Source of the DNA: Microthyrium microscopicum
Lineage: Eukaryota
Direction: 5' to 3'
DNA length: 64,000 bases
NCBI GenBank assembly: GCA_010405405.1
Contig: MU004234.1
Location: 2,329,697-2,393,696, forward strand
In this document: positions 1 to 13,133 of the stretch, in pieces
How the letters are laid out: every line of letters starts with the position of its first letter
Numbering within the stretch: the stretch's first letter is position 1
Notes under the pieces: model-generated
The model's database searches: none
What the model was told of the DNA's origin: nothing
Seen by the model: only the letters and a program-made list of their open reading frames with translations
Made by a program: the position numbers and the translations under genes

Positions 1-848
1 TCTTTCTCCATCCTAACCTCTGCTCTTCTTCCTCCAACCCCATCACCATCTCTCCATTTCTTCCCTTTCTCTTCAACTCCACCTCTCTACCCTCTCCATC
101 CTCTTCTCACGTCCGTAATTCTTCTTCCAGGAGCTCGGCATTTTTTTACCACCCTTCGAATCTGCAACCTCCTGCTCTATATCCTCCGCCTCTATCGCCT
201 CGCTCACTCCTCTTTGTTCGAACATCTCCTTTCAGCTCGCTGCCAAATTGCCTTCCTTTCTTCCTGCTGGTCGAAGAAATAGCCAACACTTTTACATCCT
301 CACAACGCGCCTGGTACCGCTATCGCGACTCGTTGCGTATCTTAATACTGTCCTGCATACCTCAGTTTCCAACAGACCTTGCCCTGTGTCGTCCAACTAC
401 CAGTCAGACTTCACCTTTGTCGGTATCGCCGTGCTTTGAAAGCACCTATTCGCCTTTACGTCCAACCAACATAGACCGCTTTATTCCCCGCCTTTTCTTC
501 ACTTTTTCGCCTGTCAATACTTTGTTCCTGGAGTCGGCTCGGCAATCAAACGCCCTGCTGCCTATCTATTTTGCTAGTGACCAGCTTGGCCCTTGCGCTA
601 TCAGTCACTTTTCTTTCAAACAGACATTTCAAAAGTCCACTACTTCTGCATAATACTTTGCCTAATCTCTCTCCCCTTGCACACACTCTCGGCCTTCTAG
701 TGTTGTTTCGCCTCAACACTTCCTGTTCCTTTGTCGTTTGGAGTATCCTACCCGGCCAGCCTTTTCTGCTATTGCAGTCTTATACCGTTGCTCTTTAGCA
801 ATTTTCTCTGTCATTTGCCCAACACATTCTACGCTGGCGAGTTTCAAA

Positions 849-2408
849 ATGACTTATAACAACATGAACGGTTTCCCTGCCGGTAATGGTCTTGGCATGC
901 CAGGTGCCGGCTTTGCTGCTCGTGGCAAGAACAATCGCCCTCAACGGTTGAGTCTCGCTTCGCCTCCGAAAGTGGGCTCAATCAGCGAGAATCCTAATGA
1001 CGGCATTCCCAATCCGCCTCGAACTAGCCGTTCGCATCTTCTCGCTGGCTTACGCACTCAACCACGTACTCCTGGTCCTGTTCCTGCGTCCGCTCCTTAT
1101 AACAAGACTTCTCATGGCCATCAAGCATATGGTATGGCTACTCCTCAATATCAACAGAACAACGTTGGATACGGAAATGTTCCGCACACAGCAATCGGTT
1201 CAAACTTTCCATCTCTTGGACGCCAGCAACAGCAATTTTCTCTTAATCCTGGTCAACAACTGTACGGTCTTCCTGAGCAGGCTATGGCTCCACCACAGCT
1301 CGATATTGATGAGTCCGAGGAGCAAATCGATCCTCAATTTGCTGCCCAGCTAATGGCTACCCAAATGTATCTTCAGGAACGCCAGCAGCAATTGCAGAAT
1401 ATGATATTTGCTCAACAAATGGCTGGATTGACCATGAATGGTAACAAAGCTCAGTCTTCGTATCCCCAGACTCCTGTTACTCCTCAGCAAGTCAACATGT
1501 ATCCTCAGGCACAGCTCAACGGTAATGCAACTGTCACGCAGGAGGTTCCAGGGCAGCCAGGAATGTACGTTGTTTACAACATGTTGACCGGCCAGTCGAC
1601 TTTGGCGGTTGATCCTACATATCAACAACAGCAACAAGGCGATCTTGCCAACTCCCCACCACCGCCCACTCCGAGTCATATCAACACCAAGTTCCACGGC
1701 GACCGCTCAACTCCATATGACACTGGAAGTCCATTTGGATCTCGTAGTCGATCTCCCCCAAAGAAGTCTTCCTCACCTCCAGTTGACGTTACTCCTTTGC
1801 CACCACCGTCTGCCAATGCCTTCCGTCGAGGACACAACCGCAATCGGTCTTCGTTGGCCTTGAACCCTGCCAACGGCGCTTCTGTGGGCGATGGTCCCAA
1901 ATCTGCCTTTATCCGCCCAGTCGGTATGCCCGCCACTCCAATGACTGGTACTTTTGGTCCAGGCCATGGCCGTGCTGGGGAACATCCAATGCGTCAACCA
2001 ATGGGACCACCATCATTTGATGACCTCAAGAAGGCACCTACATCCAAGCATGAGGGAAGCAAGAACTTTGCAACCCGTCAACGTCGCAAGGCACTCAATA
2101 CTCTGGTCCGCGCTGGTCTAGAGCGCCGAGTTCGCCCTGGCAGCGGTACTGCTGGTAGTGCTGGCAGTGTGACCCCTGTGTCCGAGACTGAGCTCACCTT
2201 TTCTGTTCCATCGGACAATGACTCGGACAGCGGACGTAGTCTGTCCGGACGCCTGAGCATGGGAAGCTTGAGAGCTGCTGCAAGTGGCGCGATTGGATCT
2301 GAACGCAAGCGCAATCTATCCAAAGAAAACCTACATTCTGGTTCTGTAACTCCATCAGAGAGTAGATCTTCGTCTGCCAACTTCTTGGTTGGCCTTGGAG
2401 CTGCTTAA
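849..2408 (+). CDS. Conserved-looking fungal low-complexity protein (Q/P/S-rich), function unknown
   Basis: Long intronless ORF. ATG at 849 in AAAATG context after a CT-rich leader. Contains motif-like blocks TSRSHLLAGLR, RQPMGPP and KNFATRQRR. Confidence 0.8.
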   Translation: MTYNNMNGFPAGNGLGMPGAGFAARGKNNRPQRLSLASPPKVGSISENPNDGIPNPPRTSRSHLLAGLRTQPRTPGPVPASAPYNKTSHGHQAYGMATPQYQQNNVGYGNVPHTAIGSNFPSLGRQQQQFSLNPGQQLYGLPEQAMAPPQLDIDESEEQIDPQFAAQLMATQMYLQERQQQLQNMIFAQQMAGLTMNGNKAQSSYPQTPVTPQQVNMYPQAQLNGNATVTQEVPGQPGMYVVYNMLTGQSTLAVDPTYQQQQQGDLANSPPPPTPSHINTKFHGDRSTPYDTGSPFGSRSRSPPKKSSSPPVDVTPLPPPSANAFRRGHNRNRSSLALNPANGASVGDGPKSAFIRPVGMPATPMTGTFGPGHGRAGEHPMRQPMGPPSFDDLKKAPTSKHEGSKNFATRQRRKALNTLVRAGLERRVRPGSGTAGSAGSVTPVSETELTFSVPSDNDSDSGRSLSGRLSMGSLRAAASGAIGSERKRNLSKENLHSGSVTPSESRSSSANFLVGLGAA

Positions 2409-4985
2409 ACGCTCAAACAGCTCTATCTGGAGAATTTGCTTGGAATAGTCCAATCTCCTTACGAAACTTACGACACAATTTTTACGTTTCATTCTGTTTT
2501 CCTGTTTCAGCTTGTTATTGTCATCATTGCTCTCGGCGTGGGAACCTGTTGCATCATTAACATTGCTATTTTTTCTGCATCTCAGGCTTCCGGTCGAATT
2601 TCTATCGCCCTTGCTGGCTATGATATACGCGCTGGTGTGTATCGTACTCGCTGGCTACATCTTATCAGCTGGGGGCGATTAGAGCGGCCGGGAGATATAC
2701 GCCTGTACTACACTATGTCTGCACATGAACACTATTTCAGTTCTGACGACCATTTACAAACCATTGGATGGCCGAAACAACTTCTATTCTACTCGACTTC
2801 CCAGCTGTAATTGGACACATGATGCGATCCGAACCACGGGTGGGGAACGACGCACTTTTCCAGGCTGGTTGAGGTTTTATTATTGCTTGAGGAGCAGTGC
2901 CCCTGGTGCTACTACGATTATTGTAATGGATTTTTTCCCTTTTCTTTTTTTTTCAAACATCTCGACTCGTATCGACAGCCTCAGTGGTATGAGTGCGAGC
3001 GAAACAGCCGCGAGGAGCAGGTGATTGGGACGAACAAGTGCGATTGGAAGCCTGGTGGTTGCATGTTCTCGCCGAGCGGAAGATGTATAACTATGGGTTT
3101 CTTGATTGTCACAAACGACAAAAAGCGAAAAGTACTGTGCTACTGATTGCCAAGGAAGACGAAGGGGAAGATATTGGGAAATGGACCACATGCTTGCGAA
3201 CGATGCCTTATCCTTTCTTTTTGGGTAGGCGGTGGTTGGTAGCTAGTGATACTTTATCTCCGTACAAATGATGAATTGAGGCGTTTCCATGAGAATATAT
3301 TGTGCTCTATATGGTGATGTTCTATTGTTCATGTGAATTTGAACACCTTCCGCAAGATCAATGGGCAGTCTGATCTCAATCTACGTCATGTTTCTCTGTG
3401 GTGTTTTACGCTCTCATATTGGTGAAACTGGCGTTGATATCAGATGCGGAAACCACGGCTCGTCAAGGAAACGACCGATTGGCGACATTCAATGAGCAAT
3501 GGGACACTAGGAACATTGTTTTTCGTCTGATTTATAGTTCCGAACGACCGCCCATTATTGCCTTGAGTGTGTTCCCTCTCCCATACTAATTGGCACTGGC
3601 GATTCAGTATCATGGTCTTTGTTGAATCTGCCTTGTGAATGTTGTCGCCTGGAGCACTAGTGATGACAAGATACTATTTTTTTCTGACTACTGGTGGATA
3701 TATGAAAGTTATACTTGCTGCCTATTATTGTGCGTTCTTGCAAATACAAGCATATCGATCCCATCCTGGAAAGCTGTTAGGGCTGATTGGCTTGTCTCCA
3801 GCTCTGGAACTGGGGCTGAATTGGCATTTCCCATGCTTCAGCCTCCCTTCCTGCGTAACTCGCAAACAGTCAGTCCAGTTTGATCCTAGCATCCTCTCAA
3901 AGGTTTATTCCTGATGCTGGATCACAAGTCAATCGCCACATAGGCAGCGCTTTTTGACAGTTCTACCTTTAAGAGATTGAAGAGATTGCTCCGCATGGTC
4001 TCAAGGGTCCAGAATGCGGAGAGCTATCGACAGCTAACGGCCAGAAGCAATTCGATGCTTGTTTGGCGAGGTAGATTGCATGTCAGCTCATGCACCTTGT
4101 GCTGCAAGCTCTCAGCAGTCGTAAAAATTCAACTGGTTTGGGCATTAGACTGGTGAGAGGCGCTCTTGGACTGCCTGTTCTGAGATAAGTGACAGGCGTG
4201 AGTAAGCTTCTTTATGAAGCTTATTCGCGCGTGTTCTAAGTTCTCGCCAATCACACAGCATGGGCATTCAGCCCCAATTGTGGTAGCACCAAGAGGGACA
4301 AGGTTTTGGGTGTGGAGCGGGAAGGGGAAAATGGCAACACAGCAAAGCACCGCCTTAAAGCTGGTCGTCAGCATTGCCCATGGGGGTCTACTAATCCGGT
4401 CGTCTTCCGCTTCGTCTGAAGAGATTCTGGTGATCTCCTTCTCCTCGTTTTTGTCCAACCTCGATCTCTTCAACTTTGGCAGTTTTCGACCGTTTGATTG
4501 AGCCCCAAAACGAGAGTGTGTCAGCATTGAGTAATCTCAAGCCGGCGGATACAACGTTGAAGGCCAAAGCGTGTTAACGAAATTAACGAATCATCCGCTT
4601 GCAAGTTACCTGACCCTACAGCGCTGGTTCCAGCGGAAATTGCGGTTACGACACTCTTCCCGCCGTTGCTGCTACTGCCCGGTTTCTCGCTACGCTTGAC
4701 TCTGCAACTCGACTTTGCTGACGGATCGCGCTCAGTCCTTTCTTCAACTTGCTTCTTCACCGCGCTCGAGCCTTGAACGCGCCTACCGTTACTCAGGACT
4801 CGACACGTTTTTTCTGGATTCCCGTTGTTCGATTGAGATCTGGAGCTGCCATTTTTTCGCATACTTGCTTGACCTTGTTTGTCTTGAGCTGCAGATTCCC
4901 GCCCTCGAGGCCCGCAAACTCTATTGTAACGCCATTGTATCGCCATTTGTAATATCTGTAGCATTCTTCCCACGCAATCCTCATC

Positions 4986-6105
4986 ATGTCCAACTACAAC
5001 CAAGGCTACGGCCAACAACAAGGCTACAATCAGCAAAGCGGCTACGGCGAGCAACCAGGCCCATACGCTCAACAAGGAGGATATAACCAACAACCGCAAG
5101 GAGGATACGGTCAGCAACCTGGCCCATATGACCAAAACGCTGGCTACGAAATGCCCTCGCAACATGCCCAACAGCCTCAAGCCGGAGGCTACGGCGCCGC
5201 GCCTGCCAACGTCCGCATCCTGACCCAAGCCGAGTTCCTCGAAAATGTCGACGAAGTCAGTAACGCGATGAAGGAGCTCGACGGCAACATCGCCCGTATT
5301 GCGGAGCTGCACCAGCGCGCCATTTCGTCCACGGACCAGAGCATCACGGCCCAGCTCGAGGACCAGGTCAGCAACACGCAGCACCTCAACCACACGATCC
5401 GCCAGCTCATCCGCCGCCTCGAGGAAGACTCGGCGCGCCGGCCAAGCGATGATTTCAAACGCAAGCAGATTGCGCGCCTCAAGAACTCGTTCAAGGACCG
5501 TCTCAACGAATATACTCAAGAAGAGCAGCAGTACAAGCGCCGCTATCAAGACCAGATTGGGCGCCAATATCGTATCGTCAATCCACAGGCTACAGAGGAG
5601 GAAGTGCGCGAAGCGCAAGAAGCCAACTGGGGCGACGAGGGTGTTTTCCAGACTGCTGTATGTTCTCCTGCTCCTATCCCCATTCCTGGCTTGTGACTGA
5701 TTTTTTCCATAGTTGAAATCCAACCGCGCCGGAGCCGCGACGTCCGCACTCGGTGCCGTGCGCGCCCGCCACAACGACATTCAACGCATCGAAAAGACCA
5801 TTACCGAACTCGCCGCCATGTTCACCGATCTCGACCAGATCGTCACACTGCAAGCCGAGCAGGTCAATCAAGTCGAGCAACAAACCGACAATGTCAAGAC
5901 GGACACGGAAGCCGCAAACGTACAACTCACCAAGGGCATTGACCACGCGCGCCGAGCACGTAAACTCAAGTGGGTATGCTGCGGAATTATCACTGTCATT
6001 GTGTTGGCACTCGCTCTGGGCCTGGGAATATACTTTGGCGCAGTCAAGCCTAACAACGATAAGAACAACAATCCCCCAGCCGCGACCAAGAAAGCAAAAC
6101 TATAG
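4986..6105 (+). CDS. SSO1: Plasma-membrane syntaxin t-SNARE (Sso1/Sso2-like)
   Basis: Two ORFs joined by a GTATGT..TAG intron at 5658-5712. Habc region ([15 protein letters not shown]), SNARE motif ([23 protein letters not shown]) and a C-terminal TM helix. Confidence 0.92.
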
Positions 6106-6645
6106 AGAAACCAATGGAGCCACAGGGTGAAGATGGAGACGCAAGATGGAGAAAATAATGGTGTGCTGCTTGGACGTTAAAGTTGGAGACTTTTTGATCT
6201 GGCGAAACGCATTATTGTTATGTACACACGCCTTTTGCTATTGATTTTGTTTGGCCTGCGACGCGCAAGGCGGCCATTGTTGACGCAAGAGAGGATGGTT
6301 TTAGTCTTAGCTTAATACGTAATTTGGACTGCTGTTTGAAGACTTTGTGCGTGTTCAAAATTGACGTGCTTTGCCGCGCTATCACTATCGCCTAATACTA
6401 TGCTATATGGTGGTTGTGGTAGTAATACAATGCAATGTAGGAGTCAAGATCGGGTATATGTACTCCGTAATAATACAAGCACTGAAATGGCTCCTGGAGT
6501 TTCGTGGGAGATAACTATGCGCGTGGGATTTGAGGTCTTGGTTCGCTAGAGGATACAAACAATTCCAGCAGCTTGGATGCAATGGTCATGGTCTAGCGCA
6601 ATGACTCCAAGGCTAGTCAGCTCAGAGAAGTCTCGGATATTCGTC

Positions 6646-7779
6646 CTAACCATCCATAGAATTGAGCCACGATGTGAAGTCGTCATTGCCATTGCCGCTG
6701 CCGTTGCCATCACCAGTCTGTCCACCTTCACCCATAGTCGTGTCATTTGTGAAGCCCAGATCGCCAAAGATGTCATCAAAGGTACCGCCTCCTCCGGCAT
6801 CCATGGATTGGCCACCTATGCTCTCTGCAGTAGTGCCCATTTCAGGCAAACCGCTAAAGTCGAATGGCGTCTCTGCTGGCACATTGCCTGAGGTGGCTGT
6901 AGCATTCGCGGCTGGCGATGTAGTGGTAGTTGGCGCCATCTTAGCAAAGTTTTCGATACCAGGAATGAGCGACGCAACATCCGTCGATGGCGTGCCAAAT
7001 GCTTCCGTGCTCAAATCCATAGCCGTAGATTCCGCGGCATTGGTGCTTGTCAGATTCGATATGAATGTATCGAAATCAGCCAGCTCATCCGTCGTCGAGT
7101 TTATATTCTGATCCGATCCAGAAATCCCCGACTTGCCCGGCGTCGACAAATTCTGCCCAGTCAACTCCATAGGCGCCGGATTATCCTTCTTCTCCGCCTC
7201 GCGCTTCGCCTTCTCCTGCTCCTCAATCACCTTCTTCTCCGCATCCTCCTTCTGCTTGCGCGCCTCATCTTCCTTCCGTCTCTCATCCTCCCGCCTCTCC
7301 TCCTCTATCCGCCGCCGCTCCTCCTCCATCTCTGCCGCCCGCCGCTCCTCCTCCTCTAATTGTGCGCGCTGAGTCTGCAAATGAAGCGCATACCGACCAC
7401 GCAGCACAGCCTTGGCATGCGCAACCTCGTCTTGCATGCGGTCGAGCACGTTTTGGAAGTACATACTACCTTCGCCATATCGTTGCTGGAATGTAGCCTT
7501 ACGTTTCTCCCAGCTGGCAGGACTGGTGAAGACGATGCCGACTTCGCCTTGCATTTTCTTGTAGGCGCTCTCGAGGCTTTGGATGTATTGTTGGGGTTGC
7601 ATGGGAGCGCGCTGGAGTTGGGCTTGTCGTTGCTGTAGCTGCGCTTGCTGCATCTGTTGTTGCTGTTGTGGAGTCATGGCTGGTCGTTGTTGTTGTTGCG
7701 GTTGGGAGGATTGCGGGTGCGGTTGTTGTTTGTGGACTGGTGGGCCCGTAGGTTTTTGGATGCGCGCGTTGGATTGCAT
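6646..7779 (-). CDS. Q-rich, charged coiled-coil protein with acidic low-complexity tail, function uncertain
   Basis: 377-aa intronless ORF with polyQ N-terminus, E/R/K helix and D/F/G/M-rich tail. Confidence 0.75.
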   Translation of the reverse strand: MQSNARIQKPTGPPVHKQQPHPQSSQPQQQQRPAMTPQQQQQMQQAQLQQRQAQLQRAPMQPQQYIQSLESAYKKMQGEVGIVFTSPASWEKRKATFQQRYGEGSMYFQNVLDRMQDEVAHAKAVLRGRYALHLQTQRAQLEEEERRAAEMEEERRRIEEERREDERRKEDEARKQKEDAEKKVIEEQEKAKREAEKKDNPAPMELTGQNLSTPGKSGISGSDQNINSTTDELADFDTFISNLTSTNAAESTAMDLSTEAFGTPSTDVASLIPGIENFAKMAPTTTTSPAANATATSGNVPAETPFDFSGLPEMGTTAESIGGQSMDAGGGGTFDDIFGDLGFTNDTTMGEGGQTGDGNGSGNGNDDFTSWLNSMDG

Positions 7780-10700
7780 GGTGATAGAGAGGGGTGGTGA
7801 ACGGTCGAGGGATTGGTAGGCTATTTCATGAGTAGAGGGGAGATATCCGGAGGGGTTGAGGCGAGATGATGGTGGTGGGGCGACTGTTGGTGGAAATTAG
7901 TATCTTAGTAGGTGGTCATGTCAGGTGGCATAATGAATAGGATCAATATAATAGATGTTAATTGTTGTGTAAGGCAGGTTGCTGGATGAAGAAGTCGCGA
8001 AGTCGATATTGGGAAGTGGAGAAGGCACGACGGGCGGAAAGGGCAAGCGGAATGAGCCAGTGGTCCACTTGCAGGGAAGGTCCAAAGCTTCTACCCTGCT
8101 TAGGCTATTCGGGAACCAATCGGGCCGTTGAATCAATTAGCAGGGGCCTCCTTGAGCCTCAGCCTGATGCTTTAAGCTTCCATCATTTGACATTCGTGAG
8201 CTTACTTGAGAGAGGAATAGATGGAAACGAGAGATTTGCAGCTTTTGAAAAGACGTTTTATTGGGCCTGTTGCTTCCATCTAAACGCCGACCGTTCACTG
8301 GGCCATTCATATCGATGAAATCTACCTTTGTCAGATACCATCGAGCATTAAGATATCTATAGAATTGGAGATCACTTCCAAAGCGAACAATAGCAGAGAT
8401 ACATCACTTCCTCACGGAAACGATCTAATGCACCAAAAGTCAAGATCTTCTGTACTTCGTCAGCACTACTCCAAATCTCAATGAAAGCTATCTATGGAAT
8501 AATTGTATTGCTTACTCGGTGCATCAGAATATCATGAACTCCCTCTGATTGAAAAGCTATATCATGAATCAATTTCGGGCAATGGCTGATTCTCTTCAGC
8601 TAGAGTGCATGTTCACAGCAGCCACGTATATAGTTAGTCCCAAAGAACCAGAAGCCAACAATGAAGAGGACAAGAGCTTTTCGAAGCTGTATTAGGATGG
8701 AAGGGGCCCCAGTCTTCACCGTCGTATGGAGCACTGATGGGATCGAAATCGTGACGCAGGAACTTCAGTTAAGCCTTTCAAATTTCTGCACGTTTTTTTC
8801 TGTATAAACAGATCATCCTGAATTGGGAATCAATTTCAGAAGACGAGTACTGTGCGCATCCCACTTGAGGGAATCATTATGTGAACTGTGGACTCTGGAG
8901 AGTCCTGCAAGTACTAGTAGTCTGTGTTGGCTATTTTGTCCAGCTGGTCCAGTGAATCGGCTAAGATGGGGAAAGAGATCAGATATCCTGCTCGACATGG
9001 ACTCCTCTCTTTCCGTTAAAATACCGAAAACATAAATTATACTTAATCCTGTCAGCAAGGAAATTTTCAGTGCGCCTGAAATGGAAACGGCGAGAACCAT
9101 CCCACACTTGTGGAAAATCCCACTCGCGGAACAAGCCAGAAAACCGAGACGTCACAATTCCCGTGGGGAGGTTTGAGTTTGGACCTTTCCAGAACTCAGG
9201 GTCGTCGGCAAAGTGTGAACTCACCGCAACATCTTTAATATCAAGCTGTTAAGACAGTGGAGCTTTGTCCGCATGGTATCTCGTCTCGTTTTCACACCAG
9301 GCGTGACCGGTCCGGCATGTTGAACCGCATATGCCAAAAACGTCATTTTTGCAGCTTCATAAGGCCGCATGAGGTTTATAGGCGAACGAACCTTGGCCAG
9401 ATGGGGACGCGGTCCTGCAGCCCCGAAGACTATGAACACGCCGAGAGTACGAATTCTTGGAGACAATCGACGCCGGTCAGAAAGTTCGATCAGCGCGCAA
9501 AGAAACCACAGCAGATGAAGTTGCGCATTGTGGAGTTCGAGTGGCAATTTATACATGTCGAAATCATGATACACCGCACCTCGGCTCATTGCTCAGCTTG
9601 GAACTCCTGTTACTCAAGATTTTGGACGATTGGACATTTGATCCATAATTTCATTCGACCCCACGAGGACAGGCTGACAGTTGTGGAAAAGGAAGCTTGG
9701 TCGGGGAATTGCGGCTCGGAAAGTTTAGCAGCATACGCGCGATTCGTTGAACCACAAACCGTGAGCATGGCACTGGGAACCGTTGTTACAATGGCATATG
9801 AACCGGCGTGCGGGAAGGGTGGCCTTCTTCCCCGTCTGCAGTCCGGGAGACTTTGGACTTTTTCAAGGACAAGGGAGTCGCCGTACAAGGCATAGTCGAT
9901 GGCTTCCCGGTGCCTACCAGTGCGGACACTTGCGCATTGGTTCACGCAGCTAGCCTGATGGAGTAGAGTGTATGTAGGCCTTCGCTGACCGTCACCAAAA
10001 TCAGTTGGTGAGAGCTGTAGAGAGCGAGCAATCGAGCAGAATGGACGTGCAGGACGGCCTTGCTGCAAAAGAGAGAAATCTCCTCTCATTCCACCCTGGC
10101 TGCAGTGTTGCTCGTAGCCCTGCCAGTTGCTGTGCCTTGATCTGGTGCTCTGGGATCACAAGCACGCTGAGGAGCTCGAGCAGATGGTAGGACATTTTGC
10201 TGCGGTAGCCTGTAACCTTGTTAATTTTCCGGCCGTTTTGCTCAAATGCTGTGGAGTTGTGGAGCATGGGCACTGCAGACCAGCCCGCTTGAAAGCACAA
10301 AAGTACTCTCACGGGGCAAACAATATAAGAGTCGTAGCCAATCATTTCCAAAGGAAGTTGATCAACAACCCCACTGGACATTGACGCAGAGTTTCCCTGA
10401 CTTCAAATGGATGCCGAGCTGATGAGCTCCTCTAGATAAACGGTGACGATAGAAGAAGACGGTATTGATAATCAATTACCTGGGGTAGATAGCACAGAGA
10501 AAGCGCAGTTTGAAGGGAAAATGAATGGATATACAGAAAGAATTAGAAAGTGATATAGGTTGAAGATAGATGCCTACGGTACAGTAGAAGGATTGAGTTA
10601 TGTTTCTATCGCTTACCTAAGAAGACAGCAACATACAGAAAAGGCAAGAACAAACAAACAAATTGGATCGCCACTTCCTCGTTTTTATGCTGTGGTGGTC

Positions 10701-11465
10701 GTACCTGCTCTCATCGTTCTTGAAGGTTGGTTGTGCTTGCCCCCTCTTCAGTGCCTCACAGTCGCTCCTGCCTTTTGGCTTGCCAGTTTACTCGCAAAGC
10801 CCAAGGCTCCTTCCCAGCACTTCCTGGGTGGCTACTTCCACAATTTGCACTGCGCTCGACAGCTCTTGCCTCGACTAGCTTGCGCACTTGCATGGTTATT
10901 TTCTCTAACCTGTAAACCCACCCAACCAAGCCAGTCCACTCTGAGCCTAAAGCAACTTTTTGATCATCGGCTCTCTCCAGTGCTCCCAACTCTACATCTT
11001 GCTCTATTCTTTCTCAACACCAACATTCTCTCCCATCATCTCTTTCCAGCTACCCATCGCGCTGGACTCCTTTATCATTCTCCTCGTGCTGCGTCTTCCT
11101 CTATTCATCTGTCTTTCAATGCCGTCCTGATTTTCCCTTCCGCCGCGATATCTCTTTCCTTGTCCACCGGTTCCATACGGCGTTCGAGTTGACCTGTCCC
11201 TAGGCTTCGCTGCTCTGTTTGCCTTGCGCCATTCTGCCACCCTTTACGTCGTCTACTTCTTTTCGACGACCCTGTTCTTTGCGAGCTTCTTCAGCTCCTC
11301 TCTATTACGTTTTCGACTCGTTGCTACACTAGCTCCACAGTTTCGCATTGCTTGCTTTCATTAGTATCAATACTCGTCCAGATCACTTGCGCCACGAGAT
11401 CGCTATTCTTTCCCATCTTTTGGCCCCCCGCTCAGCTGTCTGTCTGCCCAATCCCGCTGCAAACC

Positions 11466-13133
11466 ATGGCCGACCAACACTACGATGGTCCTCCACCCCC
11501 AGGAGCTGCCCCTCCTCCAGGCGCTGCCGGAGCTCCTGGAACCCAATTCCAAGACCAACATATGCCTCCTCCGATCCCTCCACTGAGCATTCCTACCAAT
11601 ACAAATCCAATACCCACCGCGATCTCCTCCCCGATGAACAATGGCCATCGAATTCAATCGCCCCAAAGCGCTGGCGGTTTCGTGCGGCGAGCTGCCCCCG
11701 AACTCAATAAGCGAAATTTGTACGTCGGAGGCTTAGACCAAGGTGTTAAGGAAGAGTTGCTCAAGCAGATCTTCGAGACTGCTGGCCACGTTGTCAGTGT
11801 CAAGATCATCCCGGACAAAAATGTAAGTACATTTTCTGCAACAGGCCTTCAGCCTCGTGCTGTGGCCATCAACGCTGACTTCAGGTAAGGCTGATCCAGC
11901 TCTGCAGTTTCAAGCACAAGGCATGAACTACGGTTTTGTTGAGTATGATGATCCAGCTGCTGCAGAGAATGCCATGAACACCCTTAATGGACGAAAAGTT
12001 TTGGGAAAGGTGAGTGCATTTTACTAGTGCGCGATTTATGTTAACAAATGTAGGAAATTCGCATCAATTGGGCATATCATCCTAATAATGCGAACAAGGA
12101 GGACACTTCTAATCATTTCCATATATTTGTTGGCGACCTGTCCAACGAAGTCAACGATGAAGCTTTGCAACGCGCATTTTCAGTCTTTGGGGAGGTCTCT
12201 GAAGCTCGGGTTATGTGGGATATGAAGACCGGTCGCTCCAGAGGTTATGGATTCGTCGCCTATAGAAACAGAGAAAACGCAGATAAAGCTATTGCGGCGA
12301 TGGATGGAGAGTGGCTAGGTGCTCGCCAAATTCGGTGCAACTGGGCAAACCAAAAAGGTCAGCCATCCTTTGCGCAGCAACAAGCAATGGTGCAGATGGG
12401 TATGACACCGCCACAGTTCAACCATCCTCCATTCCCTACGGATGGTATGCAGTCCTACCAACAGGTCATTGCTCAATCACCACCTACACAAACCACTTGC
12501 TACTGTGGCAACCTTACACCATACACAAGTGAAAATGATCTTACTCCTCTGTTCATGAACTTCGGTCGCGTTCTCGAATGCAGAATGCAGTCTGATCGAG
12601 GGTTCGCATTTATCAAGATGGAATCACACGAGCAAGCTGCGCATGCCATTGTAAGTCTGTCATTCAAACAGAAGCCAAGTCAGTCTAACAGCAGTAGTGT
12701 AACTTGAATGGCTACATGGTAAACGGCCGTCCGATCAAATGCAGTGTAAGTCACGATTTCATCGCTTTAGTGCTCGGTATTTCTAATACTCTCACAGTGG
12801 GGCAAAGATCGACCGACTTCGACAATCGCTTTCGATCCTGCACAATCACCATACTCCCCGTATTCGCCACAGCAAGCTCCAATGTCAGGAGGCTATCCTC
12901 CGTCCGGCTACCCCCAATCCGCCGGCGCCGCCTATGGTCAATTCCAACAATATGGCCAAATGGGATCCCCTCAGGCTCAATCCGGGTACGGTGGCCACCC
13001 GGCCCCTTATCCTCAACATCCGGCCAGTGCGGGCGCCTACAATCGCCCTCCAGGACCGCAAGGAGGTCATGGGCAATGGCAGCAACAACAACCTACAGGC
13101 GGCTATCCTCAGAATTTTGGTTACCAAGGATAG
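11466..13133 (+). CDS. PUB1: Three-RRM poly(U)-binding protein, Pub1/TIA-1 family
   Basis: RNP motifs LYVGGL, NYGFVEY, HIFVGDL, SRGYGFV, RGFAFIK and CSWGKD. Introns 11823-11907, 12010-12053, 12651-12697 and 12746-12797. Q/G/P/Y-rich tail. Confidence 0.93.

Noticed and set aside
1..848. Small ORFs in the CT-rich region
   Set aside because: Pyrimidine-rich promoter and leader sequence gives stop-poor spurious frames.
4521..5780. 419-aa antisense ORF over the syntaxin gene
   Set aside because: Shadow ORF from GC-rich codon bias of the real plus-strand gene, with no recognisable motifs.
8300..10500. Overlapping 60-210 aa ORFs, one with an F-box-like QLPLEMI
   Set aside because: No coherent spliced model or family motif. 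It could be a decayed gene but I cannot support that.
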